This document shows, in pieces, positions 23,219 to 36,020 of a stretch of DNA of 64,000 nt (positions within the stretch are counted from its first letter, which is position 1; each line of letters opens with the position of its first letter). A program made the position numbers and the translations under genes. This DNA comes from Octopus vulgaris (Eukaryota). The stretch spans positions 49,600,001-49,664,000 of the forward strand of contig OX597819.1 in NCBI GenBank assembly GCA_951406725.2. The letters run 5' to 3'. Under the pieces are notes generated by a model. The model saw nothing but the letters and a program-made list of their open reading frames with translations, made no database searches and was not told where the DNA came from.

Positions 23219-23977
23219 CTGTAAAACAAACAAAATAAAAGAAAAAAAATGAAAATGAGAGAAAAATGAAATTGTAAGAAACATGTTAAACTGAATTTAA
23301 AAGATCAGATTAGCAAAATGAAATGGAAAAAAATAATCACACCCACACACACACACATATATATATACATTCATACATGTATAATAACAGCAAATATAAA
23401 ATCAACAATAAAAGATATAAAATATTAGTTCAATTCCAGAAGTCAGAAAGTGACTCCAAGGAACTGTTTAGTGAATAGGTTGACAAAGAAAGAATGTAGA
23501 TTTAAAGAAAAAAATAAAATAAAAAATTGCTTATCCCAAGAAAAAGTACTTTGACACAATACCATCATCACTTGGCTATCTTAATAAGATATGAAATGAC
23601 AGAGCCAGGAAGAATGAAACAAAATTATATTTACACTCATCTGAAATCTTTGGCATATCTTGTGAGATCAATGATCTGTGGCTTGTTTTCAGTTTAGGTT
23701 TGTAGAAGGTGGCACACAACACTGGAGTGTTTTCCACAGTGCACATGCCCAGGTAAGGTTGTATGGAAGGCCACCACTCACCCACAAAGTAGAGCAGATA
23801 TTTCTCTCCTTGTCACCAATGCTGTTTATAGGAAGCTGTCAGTATGAAACTGAAGGCTAAAACAGGCTACCTTGGGGATTTCAGTTCTTGTTTGGTAATC
23901 AATTAAACTAAACCCCCTCCCCCAGTACTTAATTGATGAAGTATAAAACTGTCCTCAAATGAAGTTTTAAATCCAGA

Positions 23978-24055
23978 ATCATCATCATCATCATTTAGCG
24001 TCCGCTTTCCATGCTAGCATGGGTTGGACGGTTCAACTGGGGTCTGTGAAGCCGT
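23978..24055 (-). mobile_element. Retroposon 3' end with (GAT)n tail (family D)
   Basis: catcatcatttagcgtccgctttccatgctagcatgggttggacgg. The same terminus recurs at about 38575, 45130, 47605, 48075, 56615 and 62325. Confidence 0.7.
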
Positions 24056-24304
24056 AAAAAAAAAAAAAAACTGAAACAAATACTGCAAAGTATTTTATCT
24101 GAGGCTCGAATATTTTTGCTGTCGACTTCACTTCCTTCCAGCAGTTTAGGTATTCAACTTAGGATAATAGTACATCTTTATCCTTCTGGACAGTTAACAT
24201 TGTACAAAATATAGAATGTTCACAAGACTAAAAAAAAAAAATTATAAAAGTTCAACTCAGGCCAGGGCTTAATATATTTGTATTTGGTTGATGTCAGACA
24301 GTGT

Positions 24305-24527
24305 TTAACCCTCTAGCACTCAGATTATTCTGTCAAATGTAATGTTTATTTATTCACGTTGTTTTAACTTCATCATACATTATCTGATAGCTTTGAGATT
24401 TCAATAATGTGATAGCATTTTTTAGAATGACATTGTAAAGTAGGTGTGAGAGGCTGGACTTTGCTGGTTTGAACACAAAATAGGCAGAATATTTGGACTG
24501 GATATGGTCAGTTTAAGTGCTAAAGGC
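24305..24527 (+). mobile_element. piggyBac-like TTAA MITE
   Basis: TTAACCCTCTAGCACTCAGATT...gtttaagtgctaaagg. Terminal inverted repeats plus shared interior. Confidence 0.85.
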
Positions 24528-27500
24528 AACATGATCACCCAGAAAAATTCAAATGTGAAACAAGAGAGAATTTAAAAGACAAACAAACACACTTTACATG
24601 TTGCCTTTGCAAGCTTTCACTGTTTTCAAAACATTTTTACATTTCAAATAAAATATAATAAACAGCAAAACCTTTTCACAAGGGTTGGATTTTTACAGGT
24701 TACTCCAGGTGATCAATCCATCAGTGATTCTATGCCAGAAGTGGCAGCAAGCAGATCTTACTAAACCACACGCAACTACCACTACCAAATGCAACATGTG
24801 CTTGAATACTAATTCACAACACCCAGAGTTTATGCAAATTTCACAGGCAAAATAGGGAAATTTTCTCTGGAACCCTTTAAGGTTACTCTTTAGACTTCTA
24901 CTGACACTGCCATGACATCTGCTCACTGAACATGGCATGTTACAAAATAATCTTCACAGCCCCAAGTTGTTTTCCTGCTAATCATCTTTATAGTATCACT
25001 TTCCAAATTCTGCACCCAAACACTTTTCCCGTAATCTTTCATCATCAGTGTTGCAACTGACTAGAATCCCTTCATGTGCATCTGTCCCTTAAAGCTAGTC
25101 AAAATTGAACATCAGTCCCACCAAAATAGGTGATGGTGATGGGGTGGGTTTCCCCAGCATATACCATGACCACCACCCCACCAAAATATATTTAAGTTCA
25201 TGTAGATGTTATATACAAATTGCTTTCCGAATTCATTCTACACTCATTTTTACAGGTAACTTGCATGATTTTGCAGAAGTAGTTTTTCTTTTGCTTCATG
25301 CTCTTCTTATAACAAACTATTAAGTGAAAATACCTGATAGATAAGTGGGTGGGAATAACAGGGGTAAAACAACAATGAATAATGTATGGGGATTCATTAC
25401 TCATATGTGGTAAGTTCCAATTCACCACAAATATATAATTATTTTAGAAGTGGAGGAAAAAATCACTTTACATTGTCCTAATTTACCTGACTGTTAGGAA
25501 CAGGCACACTATCAAAAAATGTTAACTGAGACAATCCAGCATCCTAAGTATGAGATATTTATCATATCTGCCCCAACACCATAAAACTAGAAACAAGCAA
25601 AGTCCTTTGAGATTAGGAAGCATTTACATTTACAGACAAAATTTTGGGCTTATAGTTTATAAGTGGTTTGTAATGTGGCAATTTAATCATGAAGCTTACT
25701 GTATAAAGGAGAAACGGATGGGATTAAACATGTAGTTTGGAATTATGAATAAATTTGAGATGATGAAGTACTGACTAGTAAATGAGATTTTATAGGAATT
25801 TAGAATTCCACTAAAATGATTGGTAAGGACAAACTAATCACTGTTAATGGTTGGACAAGTTTCAAGTGAACTATCAAGCTCTATCAATAGGTGTTATTGA
25901 CAGTTCAAGTGATGGTTATCAAGCATGTCAGAACTTCTCAGTGCAACAGACTTTACCAAAGGAGACAGAGGAGAGAGGGAAAGGAAATAGAAGAGGAGAA
26001 CTAAAGCTGTAACTAAGAACAAGCACAGTATAAAATGTCAGAACAATATGGCCAGAGATAGATTCAATACAGTAATGCAGACAAGTGGCGTTATTAATAA
26101 ATTTCTGTCGACTGGATTGTGTGGCAGAAGATAACAATAGCCATTTGCAGTCATAAACTGTTTGGGTGAACACAGTAGTAGAATTGTAGTTATTACAAGC
26201 AAGATTAGCACCAGTTCATGGAGAAATTACAGGAAAGGTAATACGAGAATATTAGTAGGTGTGGCAATTAACTAAAGGTTTCATGTTGTGTAAGAAGGAA
26301 ACCTGGAAGAGGGCATGTTTCTGCCATGCCAAACTCGTTTTTCAAACTGCAGAGCAAACCTATGTTGATGTAACATCAACAAGGATGATGAGGGAAATGA
26401 AACACTTGGGACAAAAGAAGAAACATGAATCTAAAGAAGGACATCTCATACTGATACGAGGTTACTAAACTTTTATGGAGCAGTAAACAAAGGAGCATCT
26501 ACATGGTCCCTCAACCTGCAAGAAATAGCAGCCAAAATTTCCTTCCAACTACACCCTACCATTTTAATGTAGTCGAAGATACTGTCTGAAAAATAGATGG
26601 GGATGGTCCTATGTCAACTGAATCAAGGATAGTCTAGAGTTTAAACAGCAATAAAATACAACTTGTAGGTGGGGCATAGGAAAAGTGGAGTGAATTGACT
26701 ACATTACATGTTTAATATTTTTTTTTTAATCAGCTCCTGAGTTTGAAGTAAAAAATCAATCAGATTGCAATAGCAGCCGCCAAAGTTCCAAAGGAGGAAA
26801 AGTGAAATATGAGGTGTTTTGCCACCACTAACACGAAGTTTAAAGTAAAGAGTTAAAGAATCAATAATAAAACAGAAATATTTTCTCCATAATTAAATAA
26901 ACAATATTTTTCAAAAGACAAGCGGAAAGAACAAAAAACAAAAATCAAAAAGAAATGTAGAAAAACCAAAAGCAGAAAATATAAACTGTTGAAAATTTCT
27001 TTGTTTGTTTTAAAAAAAGATGAGTGGTTTGAGAGTAGAATGTGAAATGCATGCGGGAATGCAAGCGTATAATAGGAATGAACATAAAAGAAATAGATTC
27101 AGTTCTGATAATTGATTTCAACCTTTAAAAAGAAAATAAAAGAAAATAAATTTGAGGACAGCCACTGATTATAGTCTACAGTTGTTAGCAGTCGGTGGGG
27201 AGTATGGGAGCAGCTGTAGATGAATATCTGTGGAAAGCAATTATTCCAGTGCTTAAAAATCAAGGACCTTTTATGTATCTTTGGCCTTCATTTAATTAAT
27301 TTAAGTTTGAGATTCCAGTAGTAAATGTCATAATAACACAAGTATAAAATTGAGTTCATTACAGACTTGTTGAGATTTTAAAAACAATCAATGCTATAAG
27401 TAGAGATAACGTAAGGAATTTTGTTGAAGAATGTCTTACATGAAGTGGGAGGTAGAGGGAAGGGGTAGATGATAAAAGAGTGAAAAGATGAAAGACAAAA

Positions 27501-28199
27501 TGAAACGAAAGAGATAAAAGGATGAAGAAAACGGATAGAGATGATGAGAGAAATTTTTAAGAAAATAGATGGAGAAAAGGCTAGAAAACGAGGGAAAGAC
27601 AAAAAGAGAAAGAGTGAGTGGAGATGTGCATACATGTGTGCGTGTTTGATGAATTTAGTTTAAATTATCTGAAATGAAAATAGGAAATATAGAAATTCTG
27701 TCTATTTAACTTATTGGATCACTCCACACAAAAGGAATAAACATTAACTCTTTGAGAATTTATTGATATCCTCATAAGTGTTTGGTTTACCAGCAAGCTA
27801 GGTTACCAACATGAGATGGTCAACTACTACTACTACTACTACACACACACACCTCCCTCCTGCAACCAAGCAATTGGATATTTCAATATTGACCAGAAGA
27901 CTTATTTAAATACTGTTGACCCTAGGTGTACCCTTAAGAAGTAGGTATGCGATGCAAGATGCCATTCCCATCTTTACCTGAAGAGTGTATCTTGGACAGA
28001 CTACATCATCCAATACATGCTTCTCTTCTAATACAAGATGATAAGGAGAGACTTGAGAGTTAATAATTTTAACAGATAAAAATTACCATGCAAATTTCTG
28101 TGCTTTGACATTAAGATTCTAAAATTCCTCTAATAATGCCGAATCACTATAAGAATGTTCACACTAGTAAGAAACGGGTTACCAAAATTAACAATTTTC

Positions 28200-28650
28200 C
28201 TTTGTAGCTCATGAGCTAAGAAAGACAAGTATTTCACAAGAGATCTTACACTACCAATGATCTTCAGTAGTTTAACTGAGAGGGATGCTTTTAATCCTAA
28301 TATTGGAATGTAAATAGCCTTTTTGATTAGGAATGGAGGTATTAATGTGATTGTCTACCTGAAGTTTAATCTGGCCATTTAATATACACCACTAATCCTC
28401 ACATTTACACACACAACCCCCTTTTTTTCTGTTTCTCATAGCCAAGCCACTCATGGATACTTAACCTTCATGCTGCTGATCATGACACTTAAGTAGGTGC
28501 CACCCTGTCCAAATATCTTCTGTAGGTCAACAAATGCCGCAAGACAAATCTTTGTTTCATGCCATGTTCTTCTTAAGATGATAATGTTGAAATCATTATC
28601 AGTTGTTTCCTTCAAAAGATGATCAATAATAGCGAAAGGCATATACAAAT
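28200..28650 (-). pseudogene. Highly decayed LINE reverse transcriptase fragment
   Basis: ORF 28451..28648(-) contains TTD-FNIIILRR...ICLAAFVDLQKIF. This resembles the non-LTR RT motif TTDAIF-LR-L-EK...AFVDLEKAFD. Confidence 0.5.
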
Positions 28651-28744
28651 AAATTTATTCTAACACTACCACAGAAAGCTTCTGTGGATCTATGACAGGT
28701 CTTTGGATCAAGGTAACAGTAAGGTAAATTAAAATAGATAAACT

Positions 28745-28912
28745 GCAGGCATGACTGTGAGGTTAAGAATTTCACTTTCCAGCTTTGTGGTTTTAGATTC
28801 AATCACACTCCATGGCACATAGGCAAGTGTCTGCATCTTCTATATATCTGTGGACTGACCAATGTCCAGTGGAAAACATTTGGTAGAGAGAAACTGTATG
28901 GAAGCCAGTTCT
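28745..28912 (+). mobile_element. Decayed SINE family A
   Basis: gcaggcatgactgtgaggttaagaat...ggcacataggcaagtgtct...tttggtagagagaaactgtatggaagcc. Confidence 0.7.
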
Positions 28913-30770
28913 AAGTCTTCTAAGCCTGCATGTGTGTGTGTGTGTTTGTGTGCATGCATATTTGTCTCTTCATGACTTTGCATCGGCATCACTTTACTAG
29001 TGGCTAACAGTGGCATTTATGTCAACTATTAACAAAATGCCCAGCCGTAAGGGTTGGCATCAGAAAAAAAACAGATGAAGAAAAAAAATCAATGATGATG
29101 ATGATGAATATGGGTGTGTGTTTCAGAAAACTATAATAATGAGAATATCTAGCATCTTACAAAAGGATACCCAAAAAGACAAAATATTATAAGACGGCCA
29201 AAACTGGAATATCTGATTAACATCTGCTTTTTCTATACTGATCTGGGGATATACAACAATAAAACTTTCCTAACAGTATACCTTTGCACCTGATGCTTAT
29301 AGCTAGCTACAAGATATCCCTGTATTCTTAACTGGCTACATATTACCCAATGTCCAATGGCCCACCCGGCACAGAGTCAAGGACCTCAGCTTACAGCAAC
29401 ATGCCATTGCAGCAACACAAATGGTGTGTCACTGACAGAAACAGCAGCTTATATCTGAATATCCATTTCTATGATGATAAAACTGGCAGCTAATGAAATA
29501 TGTATAGACACACAAGTGAGAGATTAGTTAAGTCTTTCTCCTATCTGTAAATTAAACAAATGAATACAAAAAAGGAAAAAAAAACAAGAACAAAAAATGT
29601 GGAGGGAGAGAGAGAGAGAGAAATCATATATTAAGGTTATCTTGTCAAATAATCTAGCACAAACTGTTTTTCTCCATTGTTTCCAACATTGATGATTGGC
29701 AAGATGTGTTGCCAACCACAGAGGAGATGAATTTGAGTAAAGAAGACCAGGAGGCAGAAATAAGACAAAAGAGGGAGAGAGAGATACTGACTACCAGATA
29801 TATATATGGCAGTCTAATGGGAGAGGAAGTGGAAAGAAAACAATGGACATTTAGGTGGAGAGAAGATTGCAATCAATATGGTAGCCATTAGTGTTTTATA
29901 TTACATACATACACACACATGTACATATATGTATATATTGTATTGTGTATGTGGGAGGGATGTGCGTGTATATTTACCAATAGCACCACCATCACTACCA
30001 AGACAACAGCTGCAACAATAAAGCTGAAGAGAGGGTTACACAATATAAAAAAAAAGGGCAGAAAACTTGAATAGAGAGCAATGGAAGGCAACGGGGAATG
30101 TTGACATGCCAAATATTCCAACATTACAAAATGGATTAGTTTCTTTCTTTTTGTCTTCCCACCATGTTTGCATGCATGTGTTAATGTATGAGTGTGTGCA
30201 TGCATGTGTTAATGTATGAGTGTGTGCATGTATGTATGCACACACACACACACAGAAATATACATATATGTTTATCAACTACACAAATGGCACTAGTTTG
30301 CTGATATAACAGAAATTGATCAAGATATAAAACAAGCAAAAAAGAAAAGAAAAAAGGAAAAAAAGATCAATGCACACACATCTTTCTCTTAAAGAAACAT
30401 CTTAGATTTATCTAACCCTCCCCTCCTTCACCTCCACCACATCCAATTATAGATTAGCTGTGTTGTTCTCTGCCTCACTCTCTTTATTGGAGTCTTATAT
30501 ATCTATAATAGCATATCTAACTGCATTGCAAATCCTATAAAACTAGATACAAGATAAACAACAACATGAAGCTATCACAAGATAAAATGACATTAAAGCA
30601 ATAAGTAATTAATGCAACTATTTATTTTTATTTGAAGACAGTGCAAATAATTCAGAAACCTTCTACAGTAGCTCACTGGTTAAATCACTGAATTATCGGC
30701 TCCTGCCATATTGAATTGTGAGGTTTTGAGCCCCCTTGAACAGCAAAAGGAATAAAGTCTACTTGCTGTG

Positions 30771-30991
30771 AACCTCTAGCATTTAAACTGGCCTTATCCA
30801 GGAAAAATAGTCAACCTGTTTTATGCTCAGACTGGTTGGATTTGACTTCTTTCACCAACCTTACAATATCATTCTAAAAATTAACAGCTCATCAAACTCT
30901 CAAAGCCACAAAATAATGCAAGATGAATTTAAAAACAATGTGGAATAAATAAGCATTACTTTTGACAGAGTAATCTGAATGCTAATGGATC
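30771..30991 (-). mobile_element. piggyBac-like TTAA MITE, reverse orientation
   Basis: aacctctagcatttaaactgg...tttgacagagtaatctgaatgctaa, the reverse complement of the 24305 copy. Confidence 0.8.
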
Positions 30992-31205
30992 AAGGCGGCG
31001 AGCTGGCAGAAACGTTAGCACGCAGGGCAAAATGCCTAGCGGTAGTTTGTCTGTCTTTATGTTCTGAGTTCTAATTCCGCCAAGGTTGACTTTGCCTTTC
31101 ATCCTTTCGGGGTCGATAGATAAAGTACCAGTTGCGTACTGGGTTCAATCTAATTGACTGGCCCCCTCCCCCAAAATTTCAGGCCTTATGCCTAGAGTAG
31201 AAAAG
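30992..31205 (+). mobile_element. tRNA-derived SINE with Nin/Deu-like central domain (family C), with target-site duplication
   Basis: ggcggcgagctggcagaaacgttagc...gactttgcctttcatcctttcggggtcgat...aagtaccag. Direct repeat aatggatcaagg at 30984-30995 and 31206-31217. Confidence 0.85.
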
Positions 31206-33413
31206 AATGGATCAAGGGAGCCTCCATGTAGTAGCTTTATTTGCAAGAAATAGCAACAAATTTCCCTTAAATTGTACCATGCTGACTTACAAAAAGAAGT
31301 AAACATTAGATATTGTATGCCAGCTACACTATTTCTGGGATTGTTTGAGTCTGCTCTCTCAATTTGATTTAGGACCAAAACATGATAAGTTGTCTAAAGA
31401 AATTGCTATTATTATGACAAAATGCCTCCTGGTATTTAGTTCAATTCAACACTTTAACTTCTGAGTTCAAATCCTGCTATGGTCAACTTAGATTTTCATC
31501 CTTCAGGGGTGTGCTGAAATAATGTACAAACCAATAAGACTGATTTAATTGACTGTCCTTTAGTTCTAAATAATATTTAGATTCCAACGGGTGAGCATCT
31601 AAAGGTCATTCCCTCAATCTGCTAGAAAGAGTAGTCAAATTCCCCTCATGTAGCAATCTACCACTTTTAATATATATACAAAGAGGATGCTTATCATACA
31701 TAACATACATACATATTTATATACATACACACACACATGAGGGAGGCAAGCATGTAATGTGGAATTTCAAATGTTACAGAAGCAAAGAGACAGAGCAATT
31801 TATACATTGATGGTTCAAAATAAAGATAAAGGAGTGACAAAAACGCAACCAACAAAATTTCTTATGGTAGTGGCAGTTATAAGAGAAGGAAAAAGAGAGG
31901 GCTTAGTTTTTAACAATATGCCAGAGACATAATGCAGAAAGGAATTATTGCAGAAGCTTTCTTGGGAATACAGTCAATAGAGCAGGTGCACCACCTCAGA
32001 GTCAACAGCGCTGGAAAGAGGAAACTCATCTGTTGTTTGCCTTGTATACTGACTTCACAGGCAGCAGCTGTTGAAGCCTGGTGCAAGCATGCTGAAAAGG
32101 CCAAGAGTGCAAATGCTTATAAAACTATTTGATTGTGTATTTTCTCTAATCTAACTGAGAATAAAAGGTTACTACTTCTTGACAACTGATTATTACAGTT
32201 AGCATTCAGGATGGCATCATCTCTAACAGTAAAACAATCTACAGTTCATGGGAAAAGAAATAAAGCTGAGAATTTAAAGAAAATTACGGGAGTAAATAAC
32301 ATACAGGAAACAATTTTCACAAAAGAATTACATTTAATGAAATTTACTGGGATGACAATGAAGATCTGAAGAAAATTTTTGTTTGCCTGAGTTTACAAAA
32401 GAGAAATATCCTCCCAAATAAAAAATTGAGAAAAGGACCGATTTTTCTCTAATCATTAACTTTCACAAAATTATCTAAAAATCAACACCTGTCCTACTCC
32501 ACTCTACTCTCATCCAAACTACCTTTACAAACTGAATGGAGTGGGGTTTAGATAGTATTTACAATATTAAAAAGGTCCAGAGTTTCCTTGAGTTACAACT
32601 ACTGGTGGTGGTAACCAAGCGAAAATGAAGTACCAACTTCTCCAGACTCTTTTGCTAATCCCTGCACACTTATTGTTGCTGTTATTTAGGGATTTAGAAC
32701 CATACATTGCAGATCACAATTCGGCAATAAGATTCATTTTACTAGCAGCTTTTGTACTGCATTTGGTAGCATATAAGGTGCACCCTCCCCCTGGGCCCTA
32801 TATGTGGAGTTGGATCTCCCATAAGCTAATTTTGTCCCTGATGTTCACTTTTTCCTGAATATGCATAGTTGACATTGGGATGTATCTAATATGCCTGTAT
32901 ATCTTTTATGCCATCAAATACAATAATTAGCTTTGTTGCTGGTTGTTAGATTGAAGTTAAATCCATTCAAAGTATGTTAACAATATGAAATGCTTCTAAC
33001 AAAACAAATTAACCTTCAACACAGTTTTGTTTATAGATTGAAGAGCATCCCTATGCGTGGCAGGACACCCCCATTGAAACATGACAGCCATGCCTAGACA
33101 GAGAGAAAGCATCGACTTCTGAGCTCAGAGCTAACTAGCTACCCAGAAAATAGACTGGATTGATTCAAAGTTCCATTTACAGGTGCATAACTTTTGTAAA
33201 TACTCCAAAACATCATATATGCCTCTGAGCAAGAGTATGTGTGTATGTGGTAGGTAACAGAAGTCATTTTACAGCTAATTAAGACAAATGGAAACGAAGG
33301 TGGAAAATGAAGAAGGATTGTCAATATCTTTAAAATACAATTTCTATTTTCAGAAATATTATATATGCTGTAATTCTAGTTTGGAGATAATGCTCCGACT
33401 ATACAGATTGGTG

Positions 33414-33450
<37 letters not shown>

Positions 33451-33874
33451 GACAGAGAAAATTGTAATTATGGTAATGGCACCAACTCTACTAAGTACCA
33501 TGGTAACTCAGTACAGAATTAGTTAGTGAAATAAAAGTGAATGAAAAAAAAAAAAAAAACCCTAAAGGATCATATGCATTCATTATTTTAGTTAAATCAA
33601 CTATTTCTACAGTAAAAAAAAGCACCAAGATTTCATAGTCAGAACTAAGCAACATTAAAAGACAGCTCAGCACTTCAAAAGTGAAATATTCTATATCTAA
33701 TTGGGTTGACTATATATATATATATATATATATATAGGGAGAGAGATAAAACAGAACTAAAAAAAAAAGTTCACATCTTTAATGTCAATAATTAACCCAG
33801 TGTGATTATGTAGGAATAAATTACATTTAAAATAACCAGCCTCACTCACTATTACAAAATTAACCAAGCCAATG

Positions 33875-34092
33875 AGGGAGCCACTACATGGACACTCAAG
33901 CTACAATGAATAGCACTCAAATCTACCTCAAATCACATACCACTTTCTACAAAAAAAATGGGGGAAGGGGAACATGTTGTATAATATGGTCTACAATTTC
34001 CTATAAATAAGAAAAAAATATGGTGTGGCTATAGATGCAATGCTTTGATCACAGGCTTGCTCAATCGGGGATGACCTGGGGTTAAACAACAT
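33875..34092 (+). repeat. Unclassified interspersed repeat, family E (representative copy)
   Basis: gggagccactacatggacactcaa...aatagc...aaatct-cctcaaatcaca...tttgatca-agg...tgctcaatc...gacctggg-taaacaac. Related copies near 14350, 26490, 31218, 41130(-), 54220, 54680, 56185, 57620(-) and 59560. Confidence 0.65.
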
Positions 34093-35421
34093 TAAGGTAT
34101 CAGAAAAGAAAGGTGGGGGGGGAGGATGACTATATTTCAGCCAGCAGCAATCAATAAAAGCAGATTCAGCAGAGGATGGGGTGAGGTGAGGGGAGACAAC
34201 CTCAAATAATTTGCTCTTTTTTTTTTTTCATCCCCACCTCTCTCTCTCTTTCTTCTTTCTTACAGCTATTTCGAAGAAATCATTATCAGCATGGAATCTA
34301 TCTGATTTTCTTTGATTGGGTTTGTGAGGCCATTAAAACTTGGTAGGCAAAGCAATTTGAAGGATGTGGTTGTTGTTGAAAGTGAATATAATAACTGCTT
34401 CCACTGGCATGTATTATAGATACACACATACCTTGTGACATGATTCTAAATATATATAAAACCACCTGATAAGAAATATATACAAGCAGTTGTCATCAAA
34501 GTCTTGTTAAATAAGAAAGAAAAAAAAATATATATATATATATATATATTACTTCAATACACACATATCACACTACAGAAATAAACAGAAAGAGATAAAG
34601 ATAATGTAATGAAAAAAAAAAAAAAACGAATCTATATGCAATAACAAAGAAAAAACAGAAAAAATGACGGAAAATGTATGTATGTGGTTTCTTTTCGTTC
34701 TCTTTTTTAAAACTTACTGCTTGTCACCTTATAGACAAAGGAAGCACTAAGACTGCCATTAGCTACTCTGCAATCTCTACTTTTAATAGCCATCAACTTA
34801 ATGCCATAGTTCCTCAATTCAAAACCTATTTCAGACCTTAAAAACTGCTTGATGATTAAAACAAAAATAAAATAAGAGAGCAGAAACCAATCACCCATCC
34901 AACAGAAACAAAAAAAAAAACAACAAAAAACAAGGTGTGTGTGTGTGTGTGTGTGTGTGCTCTTTTGAGACATTTCCCTGGTGCATAAGGCATGTTTCTC
35001 AGTAAGTTACGAAACAGGAAGAATGGGAGGTGGTGGCCTTTAAAGTAAAACAGATACACACATGAAGCAAATCATATTTTTATCTAAGAACTTTGGGTCA
35101 ACCATCAAGATGTACACACACAAACACAAGAGGGAGAAAAAAAGAGAGAGTGTGTGTAAGAGTGGGAAACATAATATAGTTTGATGTTTGAAATGAGGGG
35201 GGGAAAAAGGTTTAGAGAGGGAATGAGACTAGAAAGTAATATCAAAATTAATCGAAAGTGTAGATGTTGATATTTAAAAAAAAAAAATCTGTTACACGTG
35301 TTGAAATGCATCCAGTAGTTTTTTAAGTAGGTGGTTTAAAGGGAATGCTATTTTGTGTCCATGGATGTTAGTACATTTCAAATGTCAATCCATGAATGAA
35401 GAGTGATATTTAAGGATCGTC

Positions 35422-35444
35422 TGTGTGTGTGTGTGTGTGTGTGC

Positions 35445-35476
<32 letters not shown>

Positions 35477-35480
35477 GTAT
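35422..35480. repeat. (TG)n microsatellite, representative of many TA/TG/GA/TACA tracts in the window
   Basis: Directly visible. Others include (TA)n 15223-15262, (GA)n 33421-33445 and (TACA)n ~49671-49703. Confidence 0.95.
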
Positions 35481-35812
35481 ACACGCTTGTTTTCTTGTAA
35501 ACATTTGCAGATTTCAGAGAATACCACCTTTATGTAATCTGATGTGAAGGAGTATGTTGCAGGGTTTAAATTACAAACAACACTACAGCAGTGAAATTAA
35601 TGATTTCTATTAATAGCAGAGTAAGAGCATTTAAAAAGAACCCCAAAAAAAAAACCCAATATTCTAATGAATTTTCTATTCACATTAGAAAAGAACAGAT
35701 CTCTTCTTCCATGGGTTCTCTAATCCTGACAAAGTCATCATAACACACTATCTTGGGCATTTTAAAACTGATAGAACCTCCACCAGGTTTTAACATATCT
35801 GATTTCTTCCAC

Positions 35813-35852
<40 letters not shown>

Positions 35853-35889
35853 AAGAAAGAGGACAAGGTAAAGAGAGAAGGTAGTTATT

Positions 35890-36020
35890 TTAATACTGGT
35901 ACTTTTATCAAGCTCAAGGATGAAATGCAAAATTAGCCTTGGCAGGATTTGAACCACAAACGAGAAAATACCAAAAAGCATTCTATTTGACATTTAACCA
36001 ACTCTGCCAACTCAACATCT
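35890..36020 (-). mobile_element. Decayed SINE family C
   Basis: tactggtacttttatc...ggatgaaatgcaaa...ccttggcaggatttgaac...actctgccaactc. Confidence 0.65.
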
